Positions 10,042 to 20,112 of a DNA stretch of 64,000 bases are shown piece by piece (within the stretch, counting starts at the first letter, position 1; the number at the start of each line of letters is the position of its first letter). Where the stretch lies: sequence record LC788708.1; one strand, written 5' to 3'. The notes under the pieces are model-generated. The model saw only the letters and a list, made by a program, of their open reading frames with translations. It was not told where the DNA came from and searched no databases. The DNA comes from Escherichia coli phage AZ21. The position numbers and the translations under genes are program-made.

Positions 10042-11394
10042 TTATGAGCTGTTGCCAAATGCAATTTTAGCTAATTGAACTGCTTTCTCCGGAGTCATAG
10101 TAATAGTTTTCCACCCGTTGTTACGATATACTGCCATACGTCCAGAAGCCTGCCTTAACCCAGTGCCACCTTTCATAATTAGATCTACAACAATCGGGTC
10201 GAGTTTACCATCAACAATACGTTGAACACGCCCTGCAAGCTGTTCAATCAGAGATTCATTATTAATGAGACTTCCCATTATTAAACAAGACAACTCATTT
10301 AGAGAAATACCCTCAGAGAAGATACTTTGAGCTGCTGCAAGTACACAAGGCCCACCTTTTGCTATATCTTCCTGAATTTTTAATCGGTCATCCAAGTGGG
10401 TTGCCCCTATAATTTCATATGTTGTAACACCACGCTGTGCAAGAGCTTCTAGTACTGTTTGGATTAACTCTGTTCTATCACTTACAATGAGTACTTTATG
10501 CCCCATATTTACATATAAATGTGCTAGATTTATTATAGTCTCTCGATATTCGGGATGATTATACACATCGTTAGCACGTAATGCCCATGGCACATTCTGA
10601 TTTCCTGATAACTCAACAGGTATGGAGTACCTATGGATTGTAGGTGCAACAGTATTATTAACAGGTGGGCTGAAGATCTTATATCCAAAGAAGTCTTTGA
10701 ACGTAACGTGTAGACCATCTTTACGTTTTAATGTTCCAGATAGTCCAATCTTATAGCGAGCACATGATATTTCTAGGAAGTTAGTGAAAGTTGTAGCTAC
10801 ACAATGGTGAACTTCATCAACTATAACAGTACCGAATACTTTAGAAAGATTATTCGCATGTTTATTCACTGTTTGAATATTACTGACCACAATTGGTGGA
10901 TCAATATTGTATTTCCCAGAACCTATGATACCCGGTTCAAACCCAAACCATTTACGAACTTCTGCCGCCCACATTTCACGAATAGATGTATTGGTACAAA
11001 TTACCAAAGTTTTCTGGCCAAATTTATACGCAAGTGCGAGGGCTAGGATAGTTTTACCAAACCCAGGCTTACCATTAATAATACAGGTATCATCGCATTC
11101 TTCGTATATTGGAAGCTGGTCTTCTTCACGCAGCTTGAACTTAGGTTTTGGTATATCTACCGGAGCCAGTGTGCGTTTATCGACTAATTCGTATTTTACT
11201 CCTTTAGCATCTAATAAATCTAGACGCGTGATAGGAATCCACTTAATCTCTTTAGCAACAACACCACTATTCTTATACATAATAGGGTATTTACTAGTCA
11301 TTGTCTCAATGTGATAAGTGGTTTGCTTACTACAATAATCCCAAAGTTCATCATCGGGCTTGAAATAGGCTTTATTAGATATAACAACCTTCAT
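10042..11394 (-). CDS. SF2 DNA helicase (T5 D10-like)
   Basis: Walker A GKPGFGKT, DEVHH box, downstream helicase C-domain motifs. Confidence 0.8.
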   Translation of the reverse strand: MKVVISNKAYFKPDDELWDYCSKQTTYHIETMTSKYPIMYKNSGVVAKEIKWIPITRLDLLDAKGVKYELVDKRTLAPVDIPKPKFKLREEDQLPIYEECDDTCIINGKPGFGKTILALALAYKFGQKTLVICTNTSIREMWAAEVRKWFGFEPGIIGSGKYNIDPPIVVSNIQTVNKHANNLSKVFGTVIVDEVHHCVATTFTNFLEISCARYKIGLSGTLKRKDGLHVTFKDFFGYKIFSPPVNNTVAPTIHRYSIPVELSGNQNVPWALRANDVYNHPEYRETIINLAHLYVNMGHKVLIVSDRTELIQTVLEALAQRGVTTYEIIGATHLDDRLKIQEDIAKGGPCVLAAAQSIFSEGISLNELSCLIMGSLINNESLIEQLAGRVQRIVDGKLDPIVVDLIMKGGTGLRQASGRMAVYRNNGWKTITMTPEKAVQLAKIAFGNSS

Positions 11395-11888
11395 AATTTT
11401 ATTCTAAGTCTAGGAATTTCAGGCTCCTCTTGATGGACTTGGTAAATAACAGGGCTATTATTTACCAGAATATAGCTTATATAAGCTGGAACATAGGATA
11501 ATACAAATGGGTATGGAACTTTAGCTACATAGCATTGGTATTTTCCGTTATAAATTCTAGCTGAATGCAAAACTTTAGAGGTGACAACATCATAGAACGT
11601 AGTTTTCTTCCAATTAATAAGATTTCCATCAGAATCTATGAATTGGTTACGCTTTGACCCAACTAATTGGGACAACATTGATATTCTACCTCTAATAGGA
11701 TAGAGCTTGTATGGTAATTCTTTCCGTTTCTCAAATAGAATAAGCCTACGTTGAGAAAAAGTGCCAGGCAACTTCCTGTTATCTAACACATATTTATTAT
11801 ATCTTGTTGTAATTACGGAATAATCACCTTCTTGCTCAATTGATACAAACGCCCGTAAAGCATATACGGGCAATTTGAAATCAAGCAC
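11391..11888 (-). CDS. Hypothetical protein
   Basis: 165-aa ORF translationally coupled between polymerase and helicase genes. Confidence 0.45.
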   Translation of the reverse strand: MLDFKLPVYALRAFVSIEQEGDYSVITTRYNKYVLDNRKLPGTFSQRRLILFEKRKELPYKLYPIRGRISMLSQLVGSKRNQFIDSDGNLINWKKTTFYDVVTSKVLHSARIYNGKYQCYVAKVPYPFVLSYVPAYISYILVNNSPVIYQVHQEEPEIPRLRIKL

Positions 11889-14448
11889 CGAGAATCCTTC
11901 TCACGTTATCCAAATCTTTACATACAGCAATAAACTTATCATCCTTGTATTTGCTATGATCTGGATGCTCTTTATCCATTACAGCTAGTTTCTTATACTC
12001 GAATTCTGCGTCAAGTAATACACCCTTGACATAACGAGTATATTCATCATCATCAATACAAGCGATTGATGGATGCTGCTTCTTCATCTTACCGCAAGAG
12101 TAGTCACGAGAACCTCCAGCTTCAGAATCAGAATCAATACCAATCGGACAACCAGGAATACTGATACCACGGTCTTTCTGAATATTACGAATCAGGATTT
12201 CATTGTATTGGTCGATCAAATCCTCACGAACAATAGCAACTACGGAGTCGTGAACCAACATAACAATCTTCATCTCTTGTTCTAGGCCAAGAGAAATGAT
12301 CTCATTATCTGCATCTACAGCACCTAAAAGGAGGCTATCAGAGGAAGCAGACTGAATGATTGCGTTAAATCCAGAACGGATTTCTTCACCCTGAACACCA
12401 CGGTCTTCGGAGTGGATATTGTGCAGACGACGTTTACGACCAAAGTGGCTATAGATAAATCCATGATTCTTGATCTGATCGTGGCACTTATCAATCCAGC
12501 GCTTAAGCTGCGGGAACTGACTGAAATACGTTTCAATGTACTCTTTAGCATCTGCAACCGTACATTCTACAAACGGTTCGCCTGTCTTAGCAGCCTGTTC
12601 CAGAAGAGCTTCGTTAACAGAATGAGCTACTTTAGCTGGGCCAGAACCATACAGAATACCAAAGGTGATTGCTTTAGCTGCTTGACGCAGAGCTGGGAAT
12701 AACTTTTTAACATCACGAGGTTCGCATTGGAGCTTAAATACCATGTGTGCGATGTTAGAGTGGAAGTCAGGGTATTTATCTGGTTCATTTCTCATGTTGA
12801 TAAATACTTGTTGCATATTTCTATCACCAGATAGAACAGCAGCATAATAAACTTCCGCAGTTGTTAAGTCCCATGCGATTACACGATACCCAGGAGGAGC
12901 TACTACACAACCCTTGATAATAGATTCATCACGAGGTAACTGTTGCAGGTTCAGTTTACCAGAAGAACTCAGGCGACCAGAAGTAGTCATGTGTTCGTGG
13001 AAGCCAGTACGAATGCAACCATCAGCATCAATACTCAGAAGAATTTTCTCAACGTAAGTAGAGATCAGCTTAGTCAGCTTACGAATCTCTAGTAGAGTCT
13101 TAGCAATTGGATGCTGCGTAGACAATTCGTTCAGAGCTTCTGCATCTGTAGAGTCTGCTCCAGTATCTGTCAATTTACCTGTTGGAGTTAAGCCAACATA
13201 GTCAAACAGAAGAACACGGAGTTGTTTAACAGAGTTTGGGTTAAACGCTTCGTTCTGATCTTTCTCTAGCTGAATGACTTCTGGATAAGTATACAGCTTC
13301 TCACGGGCTTTATTCAGATTATGAGTTAACTGATACTGAGCTTCTTTTAAACGATTAATTGAAATAGGTACACCACGATCCTCAACACGCTGGAGAAATA
13401 CACAACCAGGCATTAGAACATCATAATACAGACTGCAAAGTTTTTCATTCTTCTCAATTTTTGGTAAGAAGAAGTTGTGCAGACGTAAGGTGGCATCAGT
13501 ATCTTTTGCAGCGTAAGGCCACATAATATCAAATGGAATTAAATCATAGGTGAAATCGTCTTTCTTGATTTTATGTGCTTTGCAGTAATCCTCCTTGAAC
13601 TTATCTAGCTCAAAGTCATAGTCACCCATATCGGTATACTTCATTGCTAGAGATTTCAAGCCATGAGTACCTCGACGCTCATCTAGAACATAGTGCTGCA
13701 ACATTGTATCATGGAGCCTGCGTTCTTTATGCGCTTTATCAAAAGTAAGTCCCAGATGGTACTTATAAAAGTGCATATCAAACTTCAAGTTGTGAAAAAC
13801 AATAGTGTGGTTTTCACTATCCAGAATTTTCTGGAGATAATATACTGCAACCTCTGTGAGACAATCAGAATCGATATATACACCCTGATACTCCTGGTGA
13901 GATATAGAAACACCAAGTAGATAACCATCTCGACAGTATAGTGCTGAGGTTTCGGAGTCGAATGCGACAGGTCCGATAACCATATTATACACCATCTTGA
14001 TATATTCTTCCGCCTCATCAGGGTCAGTAATAGGACGATAATCACCAGCTTTTGCAATCTTCTCACGACCATTGATAATATCGTGGATATTCTCTACTGT
14101 TGCATCAAAAACTGGTTTCATTTCAGGCTTAAAGTGTAACTGGGCTGGGCTGATACTCGCAATCCAGTTAGCATATCCATTATATTCTACACGTTTACCA
14201 GTATAGTCACCAATGCCTTTCTTACCTGCGAAATACAGGAAAGGTTCAGCACCTACTAGTATAACAAAATCATAGTCATTCGGATCAAATGGGTTTTCTG
14301 GTGTTCCAATAGTAATATGCTTTTTAAGCAAACGACCAGATAACTTCTCGTTACACATATGGAATACATCAACTTCCTCGCCGTATAGCTGGAAATGTTT
14401 ATCGTAACGAGTGTTGTTTAGAGCTTTATCAACTACTGCGATTTTCAA
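11881..14448 (-). CDS. Family A DNA polymerase with 3'-5' exonuclease domain
   Basis: 855 aa; Exo I VAFDSETSAL; Pol motif B RQAAKAITFGILYG; motif C VHDSVV. Confidence 0.92.
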   Translation of the reverse strand: MKIAVVDKALNNTRYDKHFQLYGEEVDVFHMCNEKLSGRLLKKHITIGTPENPFDPNDYDFVILVGAEPFLYFAGKKGIGDYTGKRVEYNGYANWIASISPAQLHFKPEMKPVFDATVENIHDIINGREKIAKAGDYRPITDPDEAEEYIKMVYNMVIGPVAFDSETSALYCRDGYLLGVSISHQEYQGVYIDSDCLTEVAVYYLQKILDSENHTIVFHNLKFDMHFYKYHLGLTFDKAHKERRLHDTMLQHYVLDERRGTHGLKSLAMKYTDMGDYDFELDKFKEDYCKAHKIKKDDFTYDLIPFDIMWPYAAKDTDATLRLHNFFLPKIEKNEKLCSLYYDVLMPGCVFLQRVEDRGVPISINRLKEAQYQLTHNLNKAREKLYTYPEVIQLEKDQNEAFNPNSVKQLRVLLFDYVGLTPTGKLTDTGADSTDAEALNELSTQHPIAKTLLEIRKLTKLISTYVEKILLSIDADGCIRTGFHEHMTTSGRLSSSGKLNLQQLPRDESIIKGCVVAPPGYRVIAWDLTTAEVYYAAVLSGDRNMQQVFINMRNEPDKYPDFHSNIAHMVFKLQCEPRDVKKLFPALRQAAKAITFGILYGSGPAKVAHSVNEALLEQAAKTGEPFVECTVADAKEYIETYFSQFPQLKRWIDKCHDQIKNHGFIYSHFGRKRRLHNIHSEDRGVQGEEIRSGFNAIIQSASSDSLLLGAVDADNEIISLGLEQEMKIVMLVHDSVVAIVREDLIDQYNEILIRNIQKDRGISIPGCPIGIDSDSEAGGSRDYSCGKMKKQHPSIACIDDDEYTRYVKGVLLDAEFEYKKLAVMDKEHPDHSKYKDDKFIAVCKDLDNVRRILGA

Positions 14449-14510
14449 ATTTAATCTCCTCTTGGTAAGTAAGTATAACTTCAGTGTTTCTTCTCTAACT
14501 TACCAATATA

Positions 14511-15401
14511 TTATACCAAATCTTTAAGCGATTCAGCAACTAAAATTTCAATACGTTTTGCTAACATATCAATTTCATCTTTGTTTAAATCACCAGGATC
14601 TTTGCCTTCTGGCAGAAGAAAGTTAGCAACTACAGGTGTTAAACGCGTTTTTGTACGAATTAGCTTGGCCAACGCTTGTGCAGCTTTGTTACCAGAAGCA
14701 TCATTATCTAGTAAGATAACAACAACTTTTACACCAGCAATAATATAAGGACTGAACTTATCTGCAATGTTATCCGAAGTAAATTGATGTGTACCAAAGC
14801 AGCAAGAAGCATAGTCTATACCATTATCCTCTAGGTTAAGCATATCAAAGATACCTTCAACTAGAATAAGAACTGGAGTATTATATCGTACAGGGAAAAT
14901 CGGTGGTGAAACTTGTTTTGGTTTTACTAAGTATTTAGGAGGGGCAGAACTGTTTATAGAACGACCCAAAAATAGGATATTGCGTCCAACAGCATCTGTG
15001 ATTGGGAATACAATTCTGCCTTCCCAGTCTGCTTGGTGTTGGAAAGCAAAATATTTCTTCAAGGTCTTAGAACTTATACCTCGGAAATCACCTTCGAAAA
15101 GGTAAGCAGATTCAGGAATTGCAAGATTCGTAGATCCATTCCTAATCTCTGAAATCTTTTTACGTACCTGTGATAGTCTTGGGGACTGTCTGTACTGAGT
15201 CTCATTAAAATAATGGTAAATGCTCGGTATACCTTTACCGAAGCCACAACTCAAGCAGTGCATAATACCTGTTTCAGGATCAATACGCAAACTTGGGTGT
15301 TTATCGTCATGATCTGGATTGAGACAACAGATGAGGATGTCCCCACCTGTGTCTTTATATTCAATGCCTTTCAGATCAAGTAGTTCTGTTATTCTACTCA
15401 T
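14511..15401 (-). CDS. DNA primase (DnaG-like zinc finger plus TOPRIM)
   Basis: CCLNPDHDDKHPSLRI...HCLSCGFGKG zinc-binding motif; TOPRIM LILVEGIFD and LDNDASGNKAA. Confidence 0.8.
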   Translation of the reverse strand: MSRITELLDLKGIEYKDTGGDILICCLNPDHDDKHPSLRIDPETGIMHCLSCGFGKGIPSIYHYFNETQYRQSPRLSQVRKKISEIRNGSTNLAIPESAYLFEGDFRGISSKTLKKYFAFQHQADWEGRIVFPITDAVGRNILFLGRSINSSAPPKYLVKPKQVSPPIFPVRYNTPVLILVEGIFDMLNLEDNGIDYASCCFGTHQFTSDNIADKFSPYIIAGVKVVVILLDNDASGNKAAQALAKLIRTKTRLTPVVANFLLPEGKDPGDLNKDEIDMLAKRIEILVAESLKDLV

Positions 15402-16870
15402 ATATCGCTGGCCTGTTCACCTGTTGAATTTTCAGTTTTGTCTTTCTTAGCACGTTTAGGTTGAGCCGGCTTATCCTTCTCAATAGGGATAACGAACTCA
15501 GCTTCCATTTGAGATATATCTTCCATTGCTAGATTGGTAGTGTTATCCATCCGCAGGGTTTCCCAGTTCATCTTAGGCATAAACTTCACGCTATCAGAAG
15601 AACGAGTCTTAACGAAGTCAAACATAATAGCACCTTGACCATTATCAGCTTTTGCAGCATTAAGATTAGCAGCCATGTCTGCGGAATCAAGAATCCCCTT
15701 TGACATACGTGTTCTACCATCTTGATCGATCTGGTAAGGAGCTACACCAGCAACATTATGTTTCTGACAGATGGATTTGAAAGACGAACTGACAACCATC
15801 TGTTCTTTCCAGTCATACATATCAATGGTTTTAGAGTCTGGAAGTCGGGTTTGGTTAATATAGTCAAGTAGAGCTACTGTAACTTTATCACCATATCTAG
15901 CAACTAATTTATTTAATTCTACGTCAACTGTCGTAATAGACAACTCAGGGTCATAAACAATAATCATAGGAGTATGTAGCTCATACCCTTCTATTAGCTT
16001 ACTCTCCATATCGTAGAAATCACTCATCTTAGCCATTGTATACTGTTTAACGAAGTTATCAAAAAGCTCTTCACCGCCATTAAACATTCTAGCTCTAGTT
16101 CTGGCCAATCTCAACAGAGCCGCACCTTCTAGAGTATTATTACGCATTGCTAATGCTGATACACCAGCTAACATGGCTAGATTACGTCTAAATACTTCAT
16201 GTTCTTTCATCTCAATTGAGAAGTATGGAGCAATATCCCCATTCAAATATTGCTGAACCTGTATGTTTGAACAGATAATGGATTTACCAGTACCACGCCA
16301 ACCACCAAGCAGTAACGTTTCTGTGCGAGCTAAACCAATTTGAGCGTCGAACTCATTACAAATACCAAGAGCGATTAAGTTCAGTTTGGTATCTTCTTCT
16401 CTCTGGAAAATACGCATGTTATCTGCGTTGAATACTTTTCCAGTATTCGTTACTTTCTCTTCTAATTTTAAGTGAAGGGAGGCAACTCGGTTGAGAATTT
16501 CTCCCTGATCCAGCATTGTTAAATCTTGAAGCACGTCTGTTTCTAGAAGCTTCAGGAATAAATCCTGCGTATATTCGGCTTCTAGGACTTCAAGTGCCTG
16601 TTCCATGCTCACTTCTGGAATTTGAGTGTTAGCTAAGACGACTAGAGCTTGAGAAAGGCGGGCGTTCCTATTAGCTTCAAGCATAAGTGCGTCAATGGAC
16701 GGCATTGTGTTATATTTTTTATAATAATTCTGGACGGCTTGGTAAATTGAGGAGAAAGCGTCATTAAAATGATCTTTATGCAGTTTTGAGAATGTTTCCA
16801 ATGCTATTTGCTTCTGTTCGGAAGCTAGAAGCATCTTCAACACTACAGCTTGCACGTTAAACAAGGTCAT
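15398..16870 (-). CDS. DnaB-like replicative helicase
   Basis: RecA-type Walker A GGWRGTGKS; start placed at MTLFNVQ (RBS aaaggaga) rather than the upstream in-frame ATG at 16921. Confidence 0.75.
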   Translation of the reverse strand: MTLFNVQAVVLKMLLASEQKQIALETFSKLHKDHFNDAFSSIYQAVQNYYKKYNTMPSIDALMLEANRNARLSQALVVLANTQIPEVSMEQALEVLEAEYTQDLFLKLLETDVLQDLTMLDQGEILNRVASLHLKLEEKVTNTGKVFNADNMRIFQREEDTKLNLIALGICNEFDAQIGLARTETLLLGGWRGTGKSIICSNIQVQQYLNGDIAPYFSIEMKEHEVFRRNLAMLAGVSALAMRNNTLEGAALLRLARTRARMFNGGEELFDNFVKQYTMAKMSDFYDMESKLIEGYELHTPMIIVYDPELSITTVDVELNKLVARYGDKVTVALLDYINQTRLPDSKTIDMYDWKEQMVVSSSFKSICQKHNVAGVAPYQIDQDGRTRMSKGILDSADMAANLNAAKADNGQGAIMFDFVKTRSSDSVKFMPKMNWETLRMDNTTNLAMEDISQMEAEFVIPIEKDKPAQPKRAKKDKTENSTGEQASDI

Positions 16871-16904
16871 TCTCCTTTGCACGCTTTCGTGCCTTCTAAA
16901 TGCA

Positions 16905-16936
16905 AAAAGGGGAAGGAGCATAGCCCCCTCCCCTTA
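16905..16936 (-). terminator. Rho-independent terminator
   Basis: Minus-strand reading aaggggagggggctatgctccttcccct followed by tttt. Confidence 0.6.
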
Positions 16937-16952
16937 GGTTTAATTTACCAGA

Positions 16953-17720
16953 TTATTCAGCAGCCGCAGCTTTTGCATCCAGTTTAGCACGCTTAGCGGC
17001 ACCATCATAGTCCTTAGCAACCAGACCACGACGAGACAGCATAGATTTAACACCGCGCTCAGACTTACCAGTTTTCTCAGCTATCTCAGCAACAGTCATG
17101 TTAACCAGATCCAGACCTTCTAACAGATCTTCACGAGTTTTAGCACTTGAAGTTTCCTGTACCGGCATAGCAGCGATACGACCTTCACGAAGCAGACTCA
17201 GAGCTTTACCACGGATCTGCTTGATATTACGACCGAAGTGAGCAGCGATAGCTTCAATAGTAGCACCAGCAACAACCTGATTAACAAAATCAGTTTCTTC
17301 ATCCGGAGTAAAGGAACGAACAGCAGCAGCTTTTTCGGTTGGCTTAACAGAAGCGGTCATTTCCAGACTCAGGATCTTACCCTGTACCTGTTTAGCACCG
17401 AACTGACCACCAGCTACAGCAGCAGCGATTTCAGCATAGGTATACTGACCAGCATGAGCGTTCAGGAAATCAACCAGTTCAGCTTCCTGCTCAGGAGTCC
17501 ACGGAGATTTCTGTACTTCGTTAGCTTTCTGTACTTCAAAACCTTCTTTACGCAGTTTAGAGCCAACAGAGCGAGCTGTAACGTCTTTGCCAGTTTCAGC
17601 AGCCAGTTCAGCAGCGATAGCAGCTACTTGTTCTTGAGAGATTACAGCAACACCCAGAGCAGTGGCTTTTGCTTTCAGAGACTCGGTTACACCTTCTACG
17701 TTCCAGTTCAGTTTAGACAT
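16953..17720 (-). CDS. Putative DNA-binding protein built from internal repeat modules (T5 D5 position)
   Basis: 255 aa; three to four repeated ~50-aa helix-rich modules such as FTPDEETDFVNQVVAGATIEAIAAHFGRNIKQIRGKALSLL and TVAEIAEKTGKSERGVKSML. Confidence 0.5.
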   Translation of the reverse strand: MSKLNWNVEGVTESLKAKATALGVAVISQEQVAAIAAELAAETGKDVTARSVGSKLRKEGFEVQKANEVQKSPWTPEQEAELVDFLNAHAGQYTYAEIAAAVAGGQFGAKQVQGKILSLEMTASVKPTEKAAAVRSFTPDEETDFVNQVVAGATIEAIAAHFGRNIKQIRGKALSLLREGRIAAMPVQETSSAKTREDLLEGLDLVNMTVAEIAEKTGKSERGVKSMLSRRGLVAKDYDGAAKRAKLDAKAAAAE

Positions 17721-18495
17721 TATTATTTTTCTCCAATAGTTCTTTAATCGACAGGATTTCTATCCCATTCGTTTCGGCTTTCTTATAAGATGAGGAAGAA
17801 CGTTTTGATTCATCCTCACAGATTAGGTATTTAACGTCTTTAGTAACGGATTTCTTAACCGTATACCCTAGACTTTCTAAATAGTTTGTTGCATCCGTTC
17901 TATTTGCAAAATCTTGCAAAGATCCGGTAATACATACCGCGATTCCATTTGGCTGGGCAATTAATTCATCTGTAATGATGACGTCAGCTTTAGTGCCCTT
18001 AATACCGGTTGAAAATTTCCACGGTAGTTCGATAACATCCTTGCCTTGTAGGGAATTTAGCCAGGCTTTATAATTTTCTCCAGCCTTGCCGTCAGCCTTC
18101 ACATCGTGGAAGCTAGTGCAATTTTGGGATAATTTCTTTGCTGCAACCTCTCCAATTAGAGGGATTCCTAAAGAACCGAGAACTGAACCAAAGTCAATGT
18201 CTCCGCGAACTTTAGTATTTAATTCGCTAATTAACTTAGCGGCAACCTTGCTACCCACGGCTCTAACCAAATCTTCTTCGGTTAGGTAAAATAGTTCTGA
18301 AATCTTCGTCAGCTCCAGCTTCTCAATAGTTTTCGGGCCAAAACCCTTTAACTTCATTTTTGTACAGAAGTTCTCAATTAACTTACTTGATTGCGCTGGA
18401 CAGTTGGACTTATTCCGACAGAATAATTGTCCGTTGACAAGATCTAGCTTAGAACCACAAGAGGGACATTGTGTTGGAATTTCGATTTTCATCAA
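17713..18495 (-). CDS. NAD-dependent DNA ligase, C-terminal half (Zn finger, HhH, BRCT)
   Basis: CPSCGSKLD...CRNKSNCP zinc finger, GFGPKTIEKL HhH, C-terminal BRCT-like segment; pairs with the adenylation-domain ORF upstream. Confidence 0.8.
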   Translation of the reverse strand: MMKIEIPTQCPSCGSKLDLVNGQLFCRNKSNCPAQSSKLIENFCTKMKLKGFGPKTIEKLELTKISELFYLTEEDLVRAVGSKVAAKLISELNTKVRGDIDFGSVLGSLGIPLIGEVAAKKLSQNCTSFHDVKADGKAGENYKAWLNSLQGKDVIELPWKFSTGIKGTKADVIITDELIAQPNGIAVCITGSLQDFANRTDATNYLESLGYTVKKSVTKDVKYLICEDESKRSSSSYKKAETNGIEILSIKELLEKNNNV

Positions 18496-18522
18496 ATTTC
18501 TTCCTTATCAATTTATATAAAT

Positions 18523-18551
18523 ATTATAGCAAGTATTTAAGCATTTAGCAA
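18523..18551 (-). promoter_or_regulatory. Sigma70-type early promoter for the ligase C-terminal-half gene
   Basis: Minus-strand reading ttgcta-17 nt-tataat then conserved box atttatataaattgataaggaag before ATG. Confidence 0.6.
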
Positions 18552-18694
18552 CTACAATTTTAACTAACTTTGCTTACCCTCGCCATAACTTTCTATCCCT
18601 CAACTGAATGATAATAGTATATACCTAAGCGGCGAAAATGTCAATAACCACTTTATAATTCCGATATGGTAGATGGGTAGCAAAGGGTTATGTA

Positions 18695-19666
18695 TTAATC
18701 GTATACTCGCTCTACTATGCACGGGATTACACCACCAGCACGAATCACTCGAATCTGGCAACCGATCTCTAGATCAAGAGAGTTAATATAATCAACGTTA
18801 TTAAGAGTCGCCTTAACAATTGTAGCATCATCAATAATTACCGGTTCGAAATAACCAACTGGAGTTACTTTACCAGAAGCCCCTACCTGCCATTCAACTT
18901 TAGTAAGAGTTGTAATCTCGCCTTCTTCATCCTCTTTAATAGCGAATGCTCCACGAGGGAATTTATTAGTCCAGCCTTCTCGGAAGAATTTGTTGTTGTC
19001 ATTAATACGAACAACTTTACCGTCCGTCGGAATCCATTTAAAGAAGGAACGCACATTAACAACTGTTAAGAAATCTTCATTCTCTAGCCAGAGCATATCT
19101 TTTAAATACGATTCTGTAATACCTACAGATTCAGCAGAACACTGGATACCGTATGCAACAAAGATTAAACCACCTTCCCCGATACGTTGTACGAAATCAT
19201 CGCTATCTTTGAGGTTAATAGCACCAGAGGCAAAGTTACGTTTATTTTCTACTTCTTTTGTAATTAGAACTTCACCAGTGATTTGAGTAGGTACTTTTTG
19301 GGAAATCTTTTTGGGGATGTTCAGCAATCTTACGTTGCTTGTGACATCATTCCCTAGAATACCATTACCACGAGTTAGTGCTTGAACAAATTCGCCATTA
19401 ATATATAGCAGAGAAATCGCACAACCATCTAACTTATCAGTTTCTACCTGACCTAACGGGTTAAATGGGGGTTTATCTCCACGATTATAATAAACTTTCT
19501 GTAAAGAATACATACGATACAGATGTGGAATATCACCCTTAGGCCCGATCTCTTCTTCTAATGGAAATCTTTTAATCAGACGATCATATTCTTCGTCAGA
19601 GATTAAAGACATTCCCTGGTAATATGCTTCTTGGCAACGTTTAATAAAGTCTTTTACATTAGTCAT
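18695..19666 (-). CDS. NAD-dependent DNA ligase, N-terminal half (adenylation and OB domains)
   Basis: 323 aa; KLDGCA adenylation motif (KxDG), further nucleotidyltransferase and OB-fold motifs. Confidence 0.85.
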   Translation of the reverse strand: MTNVKDFIKRCQEAYYQGMSLISDEEYDRLIKRFPLEEEIGPKGDIPHLYRMYSLQKVYYNRGDKPPFNPLGQVETDKLDGCAISLLYINGEFVQALTRGNGILGNDVTSNVRLLNIPKKISQKVPTQITGEVLITKEVENKRNFASGAINLKDSDDFVQRIGEGGLIFVAYGIQCSAESVGITESYLKDMLWLENEDFLTVVNVRSFFKWIPTDGKVVRINDNNKFFREGWTNKFPRGAFAIKEDEEGEITTLTKVEWQVGASGKVTPVGYFEPVIIDDATIVKATLNNVDYINSLDLEIGCQIRVIRAGGVIPCIVERVYD

Positions 19667-19697
19667 TTATTTGTATCTCTCATCAATTTATATAAAT

Positions 19698-19726
19698 ATT
19701 ATATAATAAAACTGAGTTGAAAGCAA
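19698..19726 (-). promoter_or_regulatory. Sigma70-type early promoter for the ligase N-terminal-half gene
   Basis: Minus-strand reading ttgctt-tcaactcagttttatta-tataat-atttatataaattgatgagagatacaaATG. Confidence 0.65.
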
Positions 19727-19740
19727 ATACATTTATAAAG

Positions 19741-19770
19741 AAAAAGCCAAGAACTAGGCATTCTTGGCTT
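19741..19770 (-). terminator. Rho-independent terminator
   Basis: Minus-strand reading agccaagaatgcctagttcttggct followed by ttttcttt. Confidence 0.65.
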
Positions 19771-20062
19771 TGAGTTCTTCAGCTCGTTTCTGTACTTCAT
19801 GTAAAACCTCAGATTCGCTAAGAATCTGTGTAAACGCATAGAAAAGCTGTGATGTTGTTTCTAGGGTGTAAGGAAAAGAGAAGCCAGATTTCGTTGGAAA
19901 CCACTCATCATTAATATCAAGAAGCCAGTAACGAATACCCATGTATAGATTCCCACGAAATTCAGATACTGTTAATCTTACTTGTTCTCCCTCCTTCTCC
20001 CAAAGTATGATGGACTGGTCATCAACGTGTCCTTCATAGTTTTGATTTACCTGTTCGCTCAT
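19754..20062 (-). CDS. Hypothetical protein
   Basis: 102-aa ORF between terminator hairpins. Confidence 0.5.
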   Translation of the reverse strand: MSEQVNQNYEGHVDDQSIILWEKEGEQVRLTVSEFRGNLYMGIRYWLLDINDEWFPTKSGFSFPYTLETTSQLFYAFTQILSESEVLHEVQKRAEELKAKNA

Positions 20063-20077
20063 TTACATATCCCAAAT

Positions 20078-20100
20078 ACACAAAAAGCCCCATATAGGGG
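20078..20100 (-). terminator. Rho-independent terminator
   Basis: Minus-strand reading agcccctatatggggct followed by ttttt. Confidence 0.6.
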
Positions 20101-20112
20101 CTAATTGGTTTC

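Noticed and set aside
9905-10044. Direct repeat aatttatgtatatattatac (two copies about 100 bp apart) as a possible mobile-element terminal repeat or att site
   Set aside because: Both copies are reverse complements of the standard early promoter -10 and downstream box; these are tandem promoters, not transposon ends.
10907-11314. 135-aa plus-strand ORF
   Set aside because: Inside the helicase gene on the opposite strand; no promoter or RBS.
17238-17747. 169-aa plus-strand ORF
   Set aside because: Antisense to the repeat-module gene 16953..17720; Ser/Phe-rich low-complexity product.
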